From: Haliotis rufescens
Taxonomy: Eukaryota
DNA length: 64,000 bases
NCBI RefSeq assembly: GCF_023055435.1
Contig: NW_025964383.1
Span: 20,646,001 to 20,710,000, forward strand
Reading direction: 5' to 3'
Both the position numbers and the translations under genes were made by a program. Below are positions 1 through 11,941 of this stretch, piece after piece (position 1 is the stretch's first letter; each line of letters starts with the position of its first letter). The notes beneath the pieces were generated by a model that had not been told where the DNA came from, did no database searches, and saw only the letters and a program-made list of their open reading frames with translations.

Positions 1-212
1 GCCGGTAACCTATGATTGTGGGTTCGAATCCTGGTTCGCCCCGATTATGTTTCTAGGTTTGTCAGCACCATACCCGTGCTCGTGGGTTTCACCGAAGTGG
101 TAAACGTCTGAGACCTGCATCACTTCGGGCTTTCCTCCCACATTAAGCTGACACGCTGTGATATAACTGTAATGTTGTTAAAAGCGGCGTTAAACCCAAC
201 TCACTCATTCAC
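1..212 (+). mobile_element. Family B SINE (tRNA head, V-domain/RUDI-like body), 5' part cut off by window edge
   Basis: B-box GGTTCGAATCC near 21-31; GTTTGTCAG...GTGGGTTTC...CTTTCCTCCCACA body; tail GGCGTTAAACCCAAC(TCAC)n; matches 44894-45181 in reverse. Confidence 0.85.
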
Positions 213-528
213 ATGTCGCACTTGAGAGAAGTTCTGACCTTGGGGGTTTGTAGGGGTGGTGGTGGTGTTCTCACACAAGTCTTAGCAAGTTCGTTCTAGG
301 TTGTTCCAACATCACTCTGCCCGTGTGCCTATTCACGTATTGTGGTGTTCAGTGATACATGGTGCCGACCATGTGACATACATGTACCATCAAGACCTTA
401 GCAGGGAAATGGTAAAAGATTTTGGAGCATTGCGCCCTTTGACAATGCCTTCTGTTTCCGAGGCTGTGAACATGTATGGGCATCCATCTTCTACCAGCTC
501 TGTCTCTCAAAGCTGGGGAGTGAATAGT

Positions 529-787
529 TTTGTTTGTTTGTTTTTTTAACGCCGCACTCACCAATATTCCAGCTGGCGATCTGTAAATAATCGAGTCAGG
601 ACCAGACAATCCAGTGATTGACATCATGAGCATCGATCCACGCAATTGGGATACGATGACATCCATCAACCAAGTCAGCGAGCCTGACCACCCGATCCCG
701 TTAGTCGTCTCCTGCGACAAGCATAGTCGCCTTTTACGGCAGCGTGGGTTACTGAAGACTCATTCTACCCCGGATCTTCGCGGGTTG
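529..787 (-). mobile_element. Family A tRNA-less SINE-like element, near full length
   Basis: Reverse complement of the 11942-12205 copy; imperfect flanking duplication GAGTGAATAGTT / GAGTGAACAATT. Confidence 0.9.
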
Positions 788-843
788 AGTGAACAATTCT
801 TCTGACTAAGTAAGTGGAAGACATGTCAAGTTTGTGACTTTTC

Positions 844-888
844 TGTTTGTTTGTTTGTTGTTTAACGCCGCACACAGCAATATGACAG
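844..888 (-). mobile_element. Family A 3' tail fragment
   Basis: (TTTG)n followed by TTTAACGCCGCACACAGCAATAT. Confidence 0.6.
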
Positions 889-914
889 CGGGTGACATTT
901 TGCCCAGTGAAGAG

Positions 915-1165
915 AACCCGTGAAGATCCGGGTTAGAATAAATCTTCAGCATACCCATGCTTGCTGTAAAAGGCGACTATGCTTTTCGTAAGAGGCGACT
1001 AACGAGATCGGGTGGTCAGGCTCGCTGACTTGGTTGATGCATGTCATCGATCCCAATTGCGTGGATCGATACTCATGATCAATCACTGGATTGTCTGGTC
1101 CAGACTCGATTATTTTACAGACCGCCGTTTAATGAGTGCAACATTAAACAACAAACAAACAATCA
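915..1165 (+). mobile_element. Family A element, near full length
   Basis: Starts AACCCGTGAAGATCCGGGTTAGAATA, same body as other copies, ends (CAAA)n. Confidence 0.9.
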
Positions 1166-1212
1166 CTCACTATTAACATCCTGTTTGAAAGGATAGCTTT
1201 AGACATGCTTAC

Positions 1213-1422
1213 CCTGTTTGCGAACACCTGGTGTCATCGCTGATATTCAATGATCCATTCACATAATTTTCATCACTATGTCGTTTACGCCTGATGGAAT
1301 CTGTATCGGCGGATAATCGAGACTGTTTTGTTTTTTTGCATTGACGTCTTATATTTTTCGGTATATCAGAAACGACTTCATCATTACATTTCAACCCATT
1401 GTCCAAATACAATCCTGAACAC
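1213..1422 (-). CDS. Candidate coding exon, unknown protein (CSGLYLDNG...IRRKRHSDENY...SQTG)
   Basis: 210-nt open frame between a CTCAG| acceptor and a strong AGG|GTAAGC donor, phase 2-2; no recognisable homology. Confidence 0.25.
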
Positions 1423-1463
1423 CTGAGCGTCAGTAATAACATGAATTTTAAAAGGAATTTGCA

Positions 1464-1783
1464 ACGTGGTGATTCTGGGTAAGACCAGCCCCGTTCCACA
1501 AAGCGATCTTAGCACTAAGGTGATCGTAAGTCCCATACTTTAACATAGGTTTACGATCATCGTAGCGCTAAGATCGCTTTGAGGAACGGGGCCCAGGTCC
1601 CCAGCAACCTATGCTGGTAGTACGACATGCACGGTGCGGTTAACTTCGGTGACTTGTCATCGTACCCCGACGGCGTGGTACGTTGTTCATGATATCAATC
1701 ACTGGTTTGTTTGGTCCAGACTCGAGTATTTACAGACCGCCGCCATACAGCTAGAATAATGTGCTAAATAACAAACAAACAAA
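1464..1783 (+). mobile_element. Decayed family A copy interrupted by a MITE
   Basis: Head remnant CGTGGTGATTCTGGGTAAGA left of the MITE; GGTCCCCAGCAACCTATGC, body and (CAAA)n tail to the right. Confidence 0.65.
1488..1593. mobile_element. Palindromic MITE, possibly PIF/Harbinger type
   Basis: About 43-bp arms GCCCCGTTCCACAAAGCGATCTTAGC... / ...GCTAAGATCGCTTTGAGGAACGGGGC; CAG on both sides. Confidence 0.8.
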
Positions 1784-3312
1784 GGACCATGTTTTTTGTT
1801 GACATTGAACCCGGAGACGCACTGCGGCTCTGAAAAGCATTTGGAATGGAATGGTATTACAAATATTCAGGAATGACATTTAGGCGGCTAGGTGTATTGT
1901 TTTTACGCATGTATAATGGGCGTTAGGCCTATTTATCGTTAGTAATTAGATCTATACAACAAATGCATTAGATGTTTAAAGAATATTGTTTTTCACGTAT
2001 ATGGTGTATGCGATCAGGACTCGCTCTTCCCATCTCTTCCCCACGTTAAAACGCACCATCACAGTTGAACGGCCATGTTAAGTGGACTAATCGCAGCACA
2101 TCATCTCGCGCGCAGATGCCTGTGTCTTCTTAAACTGTTTCACAAAGACATAGCGGGGCCCCCATCTTGCAGCAATAAGCTGTCTTCTCCGCCATCACAA
2201 AACACTAACGAGTCGGGCAAGTGTGGCAACAGGTGAAGCTCCGAACACAAACAGTTGTTTTATCCTCAGGACTGAAAACACATCCGTTCATAGTGCGAAC
2301 CCTGTGGAGAGATCTAAGACAATTAGGCTAATTTGCGAGTAAGTCAGGAAAGACTGCTCTTTAGACAGCCTTACACCAGTCCACAATATCAACACAGTTA
2401 GCAGAGAATCTCGCCCTGCTCCCATATGTTAGAGCTGGGTGTTAGTGATCGGGGATTAAGCCACTGCAAAGAGAAGTTTGTAGGTAATTAGAAATGAACA
2501 AAACATATTTTGAGTTAGTCAAAGGCAGCTAAATAACAGGTGAAGAAGAATATAAACATTCTTTGAGGTCGAACATGGTGCTAGGAAAGTGATCCAACAA
2601 GGAGAGATACAAAAAATGGAAATTTGGTTAAAAAATGCTTCAAACTCGTTTGTAGTTTTGAAAAAGTCGTCTCGAGTGCCTGCCATTATACCGCCTCTGT
2701 TAACACTGGAAACAACGCGGGGAGATTAGAGGTGGAAATAATTTGTTTTTGTATCAAGCATTAAGAAATATATTATTGAGATTGCGATAAGGGAAGATAA
2801 AGTCGAGGTTTTTATAGTGTTATACAATTCTGTGGTGTTTAAATACATTTGAGATGTTATTGGAGTCGGGATTGAGGGGGACAATTGGACGCCATGTCGG
2901 ATAATGAGGATACTGGAATCTGAAGTTTGAAAAAGCGAAGCGTAAAAGAATAAAGAATAAGAGAAGACGTTGTTTTTTTTAAAGAGGACAAATATAATCT
3001 GGCTCAATTTTACTCGTATTGATAAATCACAGATAAGCCTCGAGACCAAACAAGATCAGTTTGGGCTCCGGATATGTCGAACTCAAGGTGCTCCGTCATA
3101 TATGCAGATTCGTCCTCATAAATGTTTGAAATTGTCAGTTTCATAGCAAATTTATGTTTTTGAGGCGGGATTTAAAATTGCTGATATTACCTGTGTAGAA
3201 TTGTGCCCCCTAACGGTGACAGGATTTGCTCAAATTATGACATAAGGTCTGTTAGCACTACGGATGGTGTAACCGAAGACACGTCTACAATGATATCTCG
3301 AATAGAGTAACC

Positions 3313-3322
3313 ACGCACACGC

Positions 3323-3387
<65 letters not shown>

Positions 3388-3690
3388 CACACACTGTTAC
3401 TGCACACAATTCTACACTGATATCATGAATTCTGTGACTGCACACACACATTCACAAACATCTACATCGAGGTATCCCGAATTGTGTGACTTCACACAAT
3501 TCTAAACTGATATCGTGAATACTGTTACTGCACACACATACACACAAACACACACATACAGACACATCTACAATGATATTATGAATTGTGTGACTGCACA
3601 CACTTCTACACCGATACAGAAATACTGTGACACTGCACACACACGCGCGCGCACACACTCATATCTACTACACTGATATCACGATCTGTG

Positions 3691-3759
<69 letters not shown>
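3313..3759. repeat. Compound (CA)n/(TA)n microsatellites with a decayed TGTGACTGCACAC...CTACACTGATATC unit
   Basis: Read directly from sequence. Confidence 0.9.
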
Positions 3760-3760
<1 letters not shown>

Positions 3761-3846
3761 TATGCCCCATGTCTTATTTCGGTGCACATATTCCTTTTCA
3801 CGCTTGTTAGATCAACAGTGACGTTTCGAATTTTTCTCTCTCCGAC

Positions 3847-4195
3847 TCAACTGACAGACAGAGAGGATCCCTGCTTCAGCCCAGACAGCACATTCTGCTC
3901 GTGCAGGGCATTCATCTCATTCAGTTCGTGCACAGCCGACATCCATCTATTTCCCATCCAGTAATATGCATGCTTAAAATTCCGAAAAACGTGTACATTT
4001 GAGAGGAAAATGTGAATAATGCTGTAAAAAATAAAAAGAATGCTCACTATTCCTGTTTTAAAATATTAACTAAACTAATATGTACGCAGGTTTATTTTTA
4101 CAAAGACTTTCACCTGTTTCCTTTTCAGCTGCCACAAGAGGGCGTGCAAAGGTCTCGCGAGAGTTGGTTCAGGTGGCAGGATGCAGTTCTTGGAC
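3847..4195 (-). CDS. Candidate two-exon C-terminal coding segment (exons 4195-4114 and 3972-3847), unknown protein
   Basis: CCTGTCTGCGCAG| acceptor, CAG|GTGAAA donor, TTTTAAG| acceptor; in-phase splice gives SKNCILPPEPTLARPLHALLWQLKRKQ|HAYYWMGNRWMSAVHELNEMNALHEQNVLSGLKQGSSLSVS*; no recognised homology. Confidence 0.3.
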
Positions 4196-4574
4196 CTGCG
4201 CAGACAGGTGTGGAACATAATGAGTCACAATAGCTTCCACACACAAGTCATTATGAAACTGTATCCCCGCTTATTCATTAACGGTTGTGTATGTCCTCAA
4301 ATCCTTTGTAAACTTGAAATGGCTATTTTGTTTGGACAAGCAAGGGAATATAGCGTCGTCGGAATGAGAAGTGAAGTTTCCTTTTTCAAGACATCAACAG
4401 AAGTTTTCTACGTGAAAAAATAACGTATATGTATATGGCAAGTAATTATTGTAAAGGCAACTTGCACGAATGGACAATTATCTCATTATGTCTTCAAGAA
4501 AGTACCCTTCCTGGTGTGTGTGTTTTTTAAAAAACGTAATATTCAATTGAAACAAAATTCCGCTTATACTGACC

Positions 4575-4948
4575 CAAACACACACGCACAAATACACACG
4601 CACAAACACACACGCACAAATACACACGCACAAACACACATGAACAAATAAACACGCACAAACACACATGAACAAATACACATGCACAAACACGCATGAA
4701 CAAATATACACGCCCAAACACACATGAACAAATACACACGCACAAACACGCATGAACAAATATACATGCACAAACACACATGAACAAATATACATGCACA
4801 AACACAAATGCTCAAATACACGCACACATACACACGCACAAACACCCGCACAAACACACATGAACAAATACACACGCACAAACACACACGCACAAACACA
4901 CATGCTCAAATACACATGCACAAACAACTACGAACATATACACATGAA
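4575..4948. repeat. 28-bp (14+14) CA-rich minisatellite
   Basis: Unit about CACAAACACACATGAACAAATACACACG. Confidence 0.9.
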
Positions 4949-5060
4949 GAAACCCGCATGTGCATCCACCCAGTTCTAAATGCAGCTGAATTTGCACTTT
5001 AAACATACTCGTATACACCTGGAAAAATTTCAAGGATCACCCCTTCTTCTTATTCATGCG

Positions 5061-6258
5061 CCCGTGAAGATCCGGGTTGGAATCGGTCTTCACCAACCCG
5101 TGCTTGTCTCCCCGCGAAGATCAAGGTTGGAATCGGTCTTCACCAACCCGTGCTTGTCTCCCCGTGAAGATCCGGGTTGGAATCGGTCTTCACCACCCCG
5201 TGCTTGTCTCCCCGTGAAGATCCGTGTTGGAATCGGTCTTCACCAACCCGTGCTTGTCTCCCCGTGGAGATCCGGGTTGGAATCGGTCTTCACCAACCCG
5301 TGCTTGTCTCCCCGTGAAGATCAGGGTTGGAATCGGTCTTCACCAACCCGTGCTTGTCTCCCCGCGAAGATCAAGGTTGGAATCGGTCTTCACCAACCCG
5401 TGCTTGTCTCCCCGTGAAGATCAGGGTTGGAATCGGTCTTCACCACCCCGTGCTTGTCTCCCCGTGAAGATCCGTGTTGGAATCGGTCTTCACCAACCCG
5501 TGCTTGTCTCCCCGTGGAGATCAGGGTTGGAATCGGTCTTCACCAACCCGTGCTTGTCTCCCCGTGAAGTTCCGGGTTGGAATCGGTCTTCACCAACCCG
5601 TGCTTGTCTCCCCGTGGAGATCCGGGTTTGAATCGGTCTTCACAACCCCGTGCTTGTCTCCCCGTGAAGATCAGGGTTGGAACCGGTCTTCACCAACCCG
5701 TGCTTGTCTCCCCGTGAAGATCCGGGTTGGAACCGGTCTTCACCAACCCGTGCTTGTCTCCCCGTGAAGATCCGGGTTGGAATCGGTCTTCACCAACCCG
5801 TGCTTGTCTCCCCGTGAAGATCAGGGTTGGAATCGGTCTTCACCAACCCGTGCTTGTCTCCCCGTGAAGATCCGGGTTGGAACCGGTCTTCACCACCCCG
5901 TGCTTGTCTCCCCGTGGAGATCAGGGTTGGAATCGGTCTTCACCAACCCGTGCTTGTCTCCCCGTGGAGATCAGGGTTGGAACCGGTCTTCACCAACCCG
6001 TGCTTGTCTCCCCGTGAAGATCCGGGTTGGAACCGGTCTTCACCACCCCGTGCTTGTCTCCCCGTGAAGATCCGGGTTGGAACCGGTCTTCACCACCCCG
6101 TGCTTGTCTCCCCGTGGAGATCAGGGTTGGAATCGGTCTTCACCAACCCGTGCTTGTCTCCCCGTGAAGATCAGGGTTGGAATCGGTCTTCACCAACTCG
6201 TGCTTGTCTCCCCGTGAAGATCCGTGTTGGAATCGGTCTTCGCCAACCCGTGCTTGTC
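5061..6258 (+). repeat. 24 x 50-bp tandem array made of the family A 5' head
   Basis: Unit CCCGTGAAGATCCGGGTTGGAATCGGTCTTCACCAACCCGTGCTTGTCTC begins every 50 bp from 5061 to 6211, with no indels. Confidence 0.95.
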
Positions 6259-6261
6259 CTC

Positions 6262-6473
6262 CAGTCAGAATAGGTCTTAAGATCTGGTACTTGTCGTAAG
6301 AGGCGAATATCGAGATCGGATGGTCAGGCTCGCTGACTTGGTTGATGCATGTCATCGTATCCGAATTACGTAAATCGATGTTTGTGATGTTAAGAACTGG
6401 ATTGTCTGGTCTAGACTCGATTATCGCCGTCATAATATTGCTGAGTGCGGTGATAGAAAACTAACAAACAAAC
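6262..6473 (+). mobile_element. Family A body and tail directly after the 50-bp array
   Basis: AGAATAGGTCTT...CTTGTCGTAAGAGGCGA...GGTCAGGCTCGCTGACTTGG...(CAAA)n. Confidence 0.85.
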
Positions 6474-6679
6474 TTGAATTTCTATATCCATACTTTCCAT
6501 ATAGCTTCTGAAATATCTAAATGTGTGATGACCCCATTATGATAGGTTTCAGGATACCTGCTGAAATATTAGCACTAGAAGACTGAATGCTTCTCCAGAT
6601 GGTCGCAAATACTGAAGCATCATATGATGCAAAGCCGAGGAAGAAGTGAAAGGGGAGTCTACAAACTATTGCTATGGCG

Positions 6680-7565
6680 CAGTAAAACATTAGTTAAACA
6701 ATTGATTTCAGTAAAACATTAACTAAACAATTGATTTCAGTAAAACATTAACTAAACAATTGATTTCAGTAAAACATTAACTAAACAATTGATTTCAGTA
6801 AAACATCGCACTAACCAATTGATTTCAGTAAAACATTCATTAGAAAATTGATTTCAGTACAACATGACATCAGACAATTTATTTCAATAAAACATTCATT
6901 GGACAATTGATTTCAGCAAAACATTTATTAGACATTGGTTTCAGTACAACATGGCATTAGACAATTTATTTCAATAAAACATTCTTTGGACAATTGATTT
7001 CAGACCAACGTGGCATTAGACAATTGATTTTAGTACAACATGGCATTTGACAATTTATTTCAATAAAACATTCATTAGAAAATTCATTTCAGTAAAACAT
7101 TATTTGACAATTAATTCCAAAACCTTAATATTGATTCCAGTAAATAACAAAATATTTCAGTAAAACATTCATTAGACAATCGATTTCAGTACAACATTGC
7201 ATGCATTGCAAATTCATTAGACAATTTATTTCAATAAAACATGCATTAGACAATTGATTTCAGTACAACATGGCATTAGACAATTTATTTCAATAAAACA
7301 TTCATTGGACAATTGATTTCAGTACAACATAGTAACAGACAATGTATTTCAATAAAACATTCATTAGAAAATTGATTTCAGTGAAAGATTATTTGACAAT
7401 TGATTCCAAAACCTTAATATTGATTCCAGTAAAACCTTAATAAAACAAATAATTTCAGTAAAACATTCATTAGACAATTGATTTCAGTAAAACAGTCATC
7501 GACATCTGATTTCAGTTAAACGTTGCATTTGACATTTGTAGTAAAACATTTATTAAACAATTGAC
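6680..7565. repeat. 29-bp AT-rich minisatellite
   Basis: Unit CAGTAAAACATTAACTAAACAATTGATTT, diverging towards the right. Confidence 0.9.
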
Positions 7566-9180
7566 TTGGGTTTATGTATTTCAAAACGAGTGTGGCGTTG
7601 TAAAGTAAGATGTGTTTTGTAAGAACATTAACACAGAAAACGATTTTTGAAACAATTTGATACAAAAATCAATTAGGTAAACTGTGTTCGTTAGTAATGT
7701 CCTCGTATTCATCATAAAGAACAGCAAGGCGATGTTAATCACAACATACACAAAGGAAGATTCACCCATGTGTCAAAACCATTGAAGAACAAATTGATTA
7801 AAGCAATTTCCTAAAGCAATACAAGATTTGTAAACGTCACGAATAATATATTTAAATGTCTCTGATTAGGTTTTCTTAAACAGAAATTAAATTTCCACAT
7901 GCCCGTATTACGCGCTTTGACCAAATAACAAAAGGAGATGGCTTTAAAAACCAAACGTGGTTAACACATTAACTCATCTCCCAAAAGTCGGGTTTCACTC
8001 AAACTGATATCAAAAATAAAACGAACGGCACCACTCTCGTACTTGCTAAATGTCCCTCGAGGATTGTCACTGCGAGAAATAATATCATGTTTTATTGGCA
8101 TAGTGTCCAAGGGCTAGCTCGCGACTGGGAAACAAATCTGTCGGAAACTTGCAATAATGAGAGAAATTACAGCGAATCTTGCTTGCCGTTCAACAATTAA
8201 CAACCATTAAGAATGTCACCAGATAATTAAATAGGATTTCTACTTAAAACATCGGGCCCTGGTCGGGAGGGCTCTTGGGACTAGGAATGGAATACGGAGA
8301 GCCGAGGATCAGGCGCGGGTCAATTGCATAATGTATTAGAATTAAATTTCCACTCTTCAAACATGTGAATACAGATGTTTGAATATCGGCGATAAATTGT
8401 GATAATTGTTATCGCTCAAGGCGTCTTCGCCAAGAGCTAATTATCAAGTAATGAATCAGATTGGAATAGTCTCTCATTTATTTCGACAAATGAGAATTTT
8501 ACCTAGAGCTATTTCCGTTGTTTTGGCAGAATATAGCGATTCATATTTTAACGAGAGATCTTGATTTATCCGAGCGGGTTCACCTTTAGTACAGCGCTAC
8601 TTTCTGTATTGATCTGGTCGGTGCGAGATGAGGACAGGGATGAGAGTGTTTGTGGAGATGGGTAGAAGATCTTAATAAGATTGCATTATACATTAACATC
8701 AGTACAGCCTTCAAGAAGAACGGGGAAATAGCTATGAGTTGTGGTGTCAGTGATGGAGGCATGTCACTCCACATTAGTCATAAACATCCGTTAGTGACCA
8801 GTCCAGGTTTTATATTTCCATCATGATGTTTCTCAAACCGTCTTTGATAGATTCACATTGTTAATCTATGTGTTTGATTGTCGAATATTATACAGAATAG
8901 AAACTGATGGATTCATACACATTTCGCATTTACTACATATAGTGATTTAGATATATATTTATACATACTTACAAAAACGTTTTTCACATGTTATGTTTCT
9001 TTTTTCGAAAATATGAATATTTTTCAAGATACAGTATTTTTTATGCATTAAAAATTATATACATGCCGCTATTATGCAATAGTTTAGTCTAAACATAAGT
9101 TATTCAATTATGAATAATGTAAAACTTATCACAACTCAAAATGTATGTACAAAAAATTACATACTTGCATTGTGAAATAA

Positions 9181-9340
9181 TGAGTGAGTGAGTGAGTGAG
9201 TGCGGTTTTACCCCGCCTTTAGCAATATTCCAGCAATATCACGGCGGGGGACACCAGAAATGAGATTCGCACATTGTACCCATGTCGGGAATCGAACCCG
9301 GGTCTTCGGCGATTTAACCACTAGGCTACCCGACCGCCCC
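9181..9340 (-). mobile_element. Family D short tRNA-Asp-like SINE with a small internal deletion
   Basis: A-box TAGCCTAGTGG, B-box GGTTCGATTCC, (CACT)n tail, TSD TAATGAG. Confidence 0.9.
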
Positions 9341-10124
9341 TAATGAGAACGAAAGAGGTAGAATGATTTAATAGTTGATTAGCGAACAACAGTATAACGC
9401 ATAAAGAATACAACAAAATGTGAAGCATATATATATAATATATATAATATATCAATACAACACATGACGGAAAGTATATACTTTAGTTTGTATCTATTTA
9501 TACAACGCATGAATGAACGCAATGAATAGGTCAACACAACACCCATGAATTATGTAATAGTGTAATACAACACGTAATACAACAATGTGACATGCTGTAG
9601 TTAATACAAGCAGGATATTTGACTTTTCTTGAGTGAACTGGCGCAGCCACGAGTGAAATTGTCATATTTTCATTTAGATAAAGCGACAAAACCCTTTCCA
9701 TATCCAATAGAAATCTCTGCATAAAGCAGAGTCAATTGTACGATTCCGACTATGTCACGAGCATATGTTTATGAATCACTATCAAATAGTAATGATACCA
9801 GGTGTTCGCGAAAAGGTAAACGTATCCTGCCCCACCGGTGGCACCAGTCACAGACACATGCAGCGGCAAGTCAATTTTATGTCAGGTGATGAGGTAAACT
9901 CGTAACATGGCATGGAAGGGCAATTTAAATTTATATTTTCTGACTAGTTTCATGATCTTACTCTGAAAACCATGGTCTCATTGGGGCAGACTGAAAGCAG
10001 TTCGAGTGAAATACCAATTTCACATTTTCAGATAAGCATAGTATTTAAACATTTAATGTTTGATAAACAACATGTAATTATGCATAACGGTTCTTTGTTA
10101 CAACATAAGTAAATCCTGTAAAAG

Positions 10125-10961
10125 CAACACACAGCGTGAAGCTGGTAACTTCTGAACACAACACAGCGTGAAGCTGTAACTTCTGAACACAACACAGCGT
10201 GAAGCTTGTAATGTCTGAACACAACACACAGCGTGAAGCTGATAACTTCTGAACACAACACACAGCGTGAAGCTTGTAATGTCTGAACACAACACAGCGT
10301 GAAGCTGTAACTTCTGAACACAACACACAGCGTGAAGCTTGTAATGTCTGAACACAACACACAGCGTGAAGCTGGTAACTTCTGAACACAACACAACGTG
10401 AAGCGTGTAATGTCTGAACACAGAACAACGTGAAGCGTGTAATATCTGAACACAACACACAACGTGAAGCTGGTAATGTCTGAACACAACACTGCATGAA
10501 CCGGGTAATGTCTGAACGCAACGCACAACGTGAAGCTTGTAATATCTGAACACAATACACAATGTGAAGTTTGCAATGTCTGAACACAACACAACGTGAA
10601 GCTGGTTATGTCTGAACACAATACACAATGTGAAGTTTGCAATGTCTGAACACAACACAACGTGAAGCTTGTAATGTCTGAACACAACACACAACGTGAA
10701 GCTTGTAATGTCTGAACACAACGTGAAGCTTGTAATGTCTGAACACAACACATAACGTGAAGCTTGTAATGTCTCAACACAACACACAACGTGAAGCTTG
10801 TAATGTCTCAACACAATACACAACGTGAAGGTGGTAATGTCTGAACACAACACACAGCTTGAAGCGGGTAATGTCTGAACACAACACACAACGTGAAGCG
10901 TGTAATGTCTGAACACAACACACAGCGTGAAGCTTGTAATGTCTGAACACAACACACAACA
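10125..10961. repeat. 31-34-bp minisatellite
   Basis: Unit ACACAACACACAACGTGAAGCTTGTAATGTCTGA; source of the overlapping Cys-rich ORFs. Confidence 0.95.
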
Positions 10962-10963
10962 CA

Positions 10964-11238
10964 TCAAATCCAATTTTCAAGTTCATACTTTGTCTTCCCC
11001 TGCAGTTTATCAGCCAAGACAAAACATACAGCTGTAGAGAGTTAAAGAATGTACATGGAATAGCTCAATCCAAGGACACACCTTTGTATAATACATGTTT
11101 ACTGCCATACAAATCATCACTGACAATTATAATGCATATTTGAATTAAAAAAAATATCGTTGCATTTGTATTCAGGTACGCAGTGTTATCTAAACCGCCA
11201 GACAAGAGCTGGTACACACTTGAAAATTGGATTTGACC
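10964..11238. mobile_element. MITE-like element (family E) with 19-bp perfect inverted ends
   Basis: TCAAATCCAATTTTCAAGT at 10964-10982 and ACTTGAAAATTGGATTTGA at 11218-11236; the same end recurs at 61959. Confidence 0.65.
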
Positions 11239-11520
11239 AAAATATTACAAACGTTTTCAAAACATTACAGGCTGAAAACAGTCGCCGAAACGCTGCCAAC
11301 TTAAGGTCCAAACACAACTATGATACCCGTATCGAATAGCCATTCCTTGCTTGTTTCATTTTTTGACATCATCAAACATGGGTATATGCTTTCTGTTACC
11401 AGGCCGTTTACACAAAACATTATAATATAGTTTTTTGGCTAGAGGTGGACGTGAACGTATCAGCTGCTACTCAATGTCTGGCAACAGGACCAATATTTAT
11501 TAAATCTAGAAAACGAAATA

Positions 11521-11696
11521 CAGTAAACTACGGTTATAACGAACACGCTTATAACGAACTGACCGATATAACGAACTTATTTTTTAGTCCCGGCCATTTG
11601 ATGTATATATGCTGTATATATGCTTATAACGAACTACGGTTAGAACGAACTAAAAGTAGTGGTCCCCTTTGAGTTCGTTATAACCGTAGTTTACTG
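11521..11696. mobile_element. Tc1/mariner-superfamily (pogo/Tigger-like) MITE
   Basis: 24-bp TIR CAGTAAACTACGGTTATAACGAAC, TA on both sides, internal TATAACGAAC repeats. Confidence 0.9.
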
Positions 11697-11941
11697 TAGT
11701 TAGTTAAAGCGGAACATTTTAAAATGAAATACTACTTTCTTTGTCTTAGTTAATAACTGATTTAAAAATAATATTTTTAACATAAAATAATGATCGAATA
11801 CAGTGGATCGTTATTATTTTATTGAAATCCAAATAAATATGTGGGTCTGTAAAAGTTTATGTGTATTTGAGCTCCAAAAACACATAGGAGACCGTTTTTG
11901 CTAACATAGCTAATATGTGTTAGTCTGTTGGTGGGGTGCGA

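Noticed and set aside
2270-4233. Plus-strand exon chain (2270-2338, 3858-3960, from 4129)
   Set aside because: Splice-like sites exist, but the peptides are unrecognisable and overlap a better minus-strand model.
4478-6433. Many overlapping ORFs
   Set aside because: Products of the 28-bp and 50-bp tandem repeats.
10028-11022. Cys-rich 169-291-aa ORFs
   Set aside because: Overlapping translations of a 31-34-bp minisatellite.
11272-11293. Penelope-type minimal hammerhead (CTGAAAA...CGAAACG)
   Set aside because: Core deviates from CTGANGA, and no convincing stems can be built.
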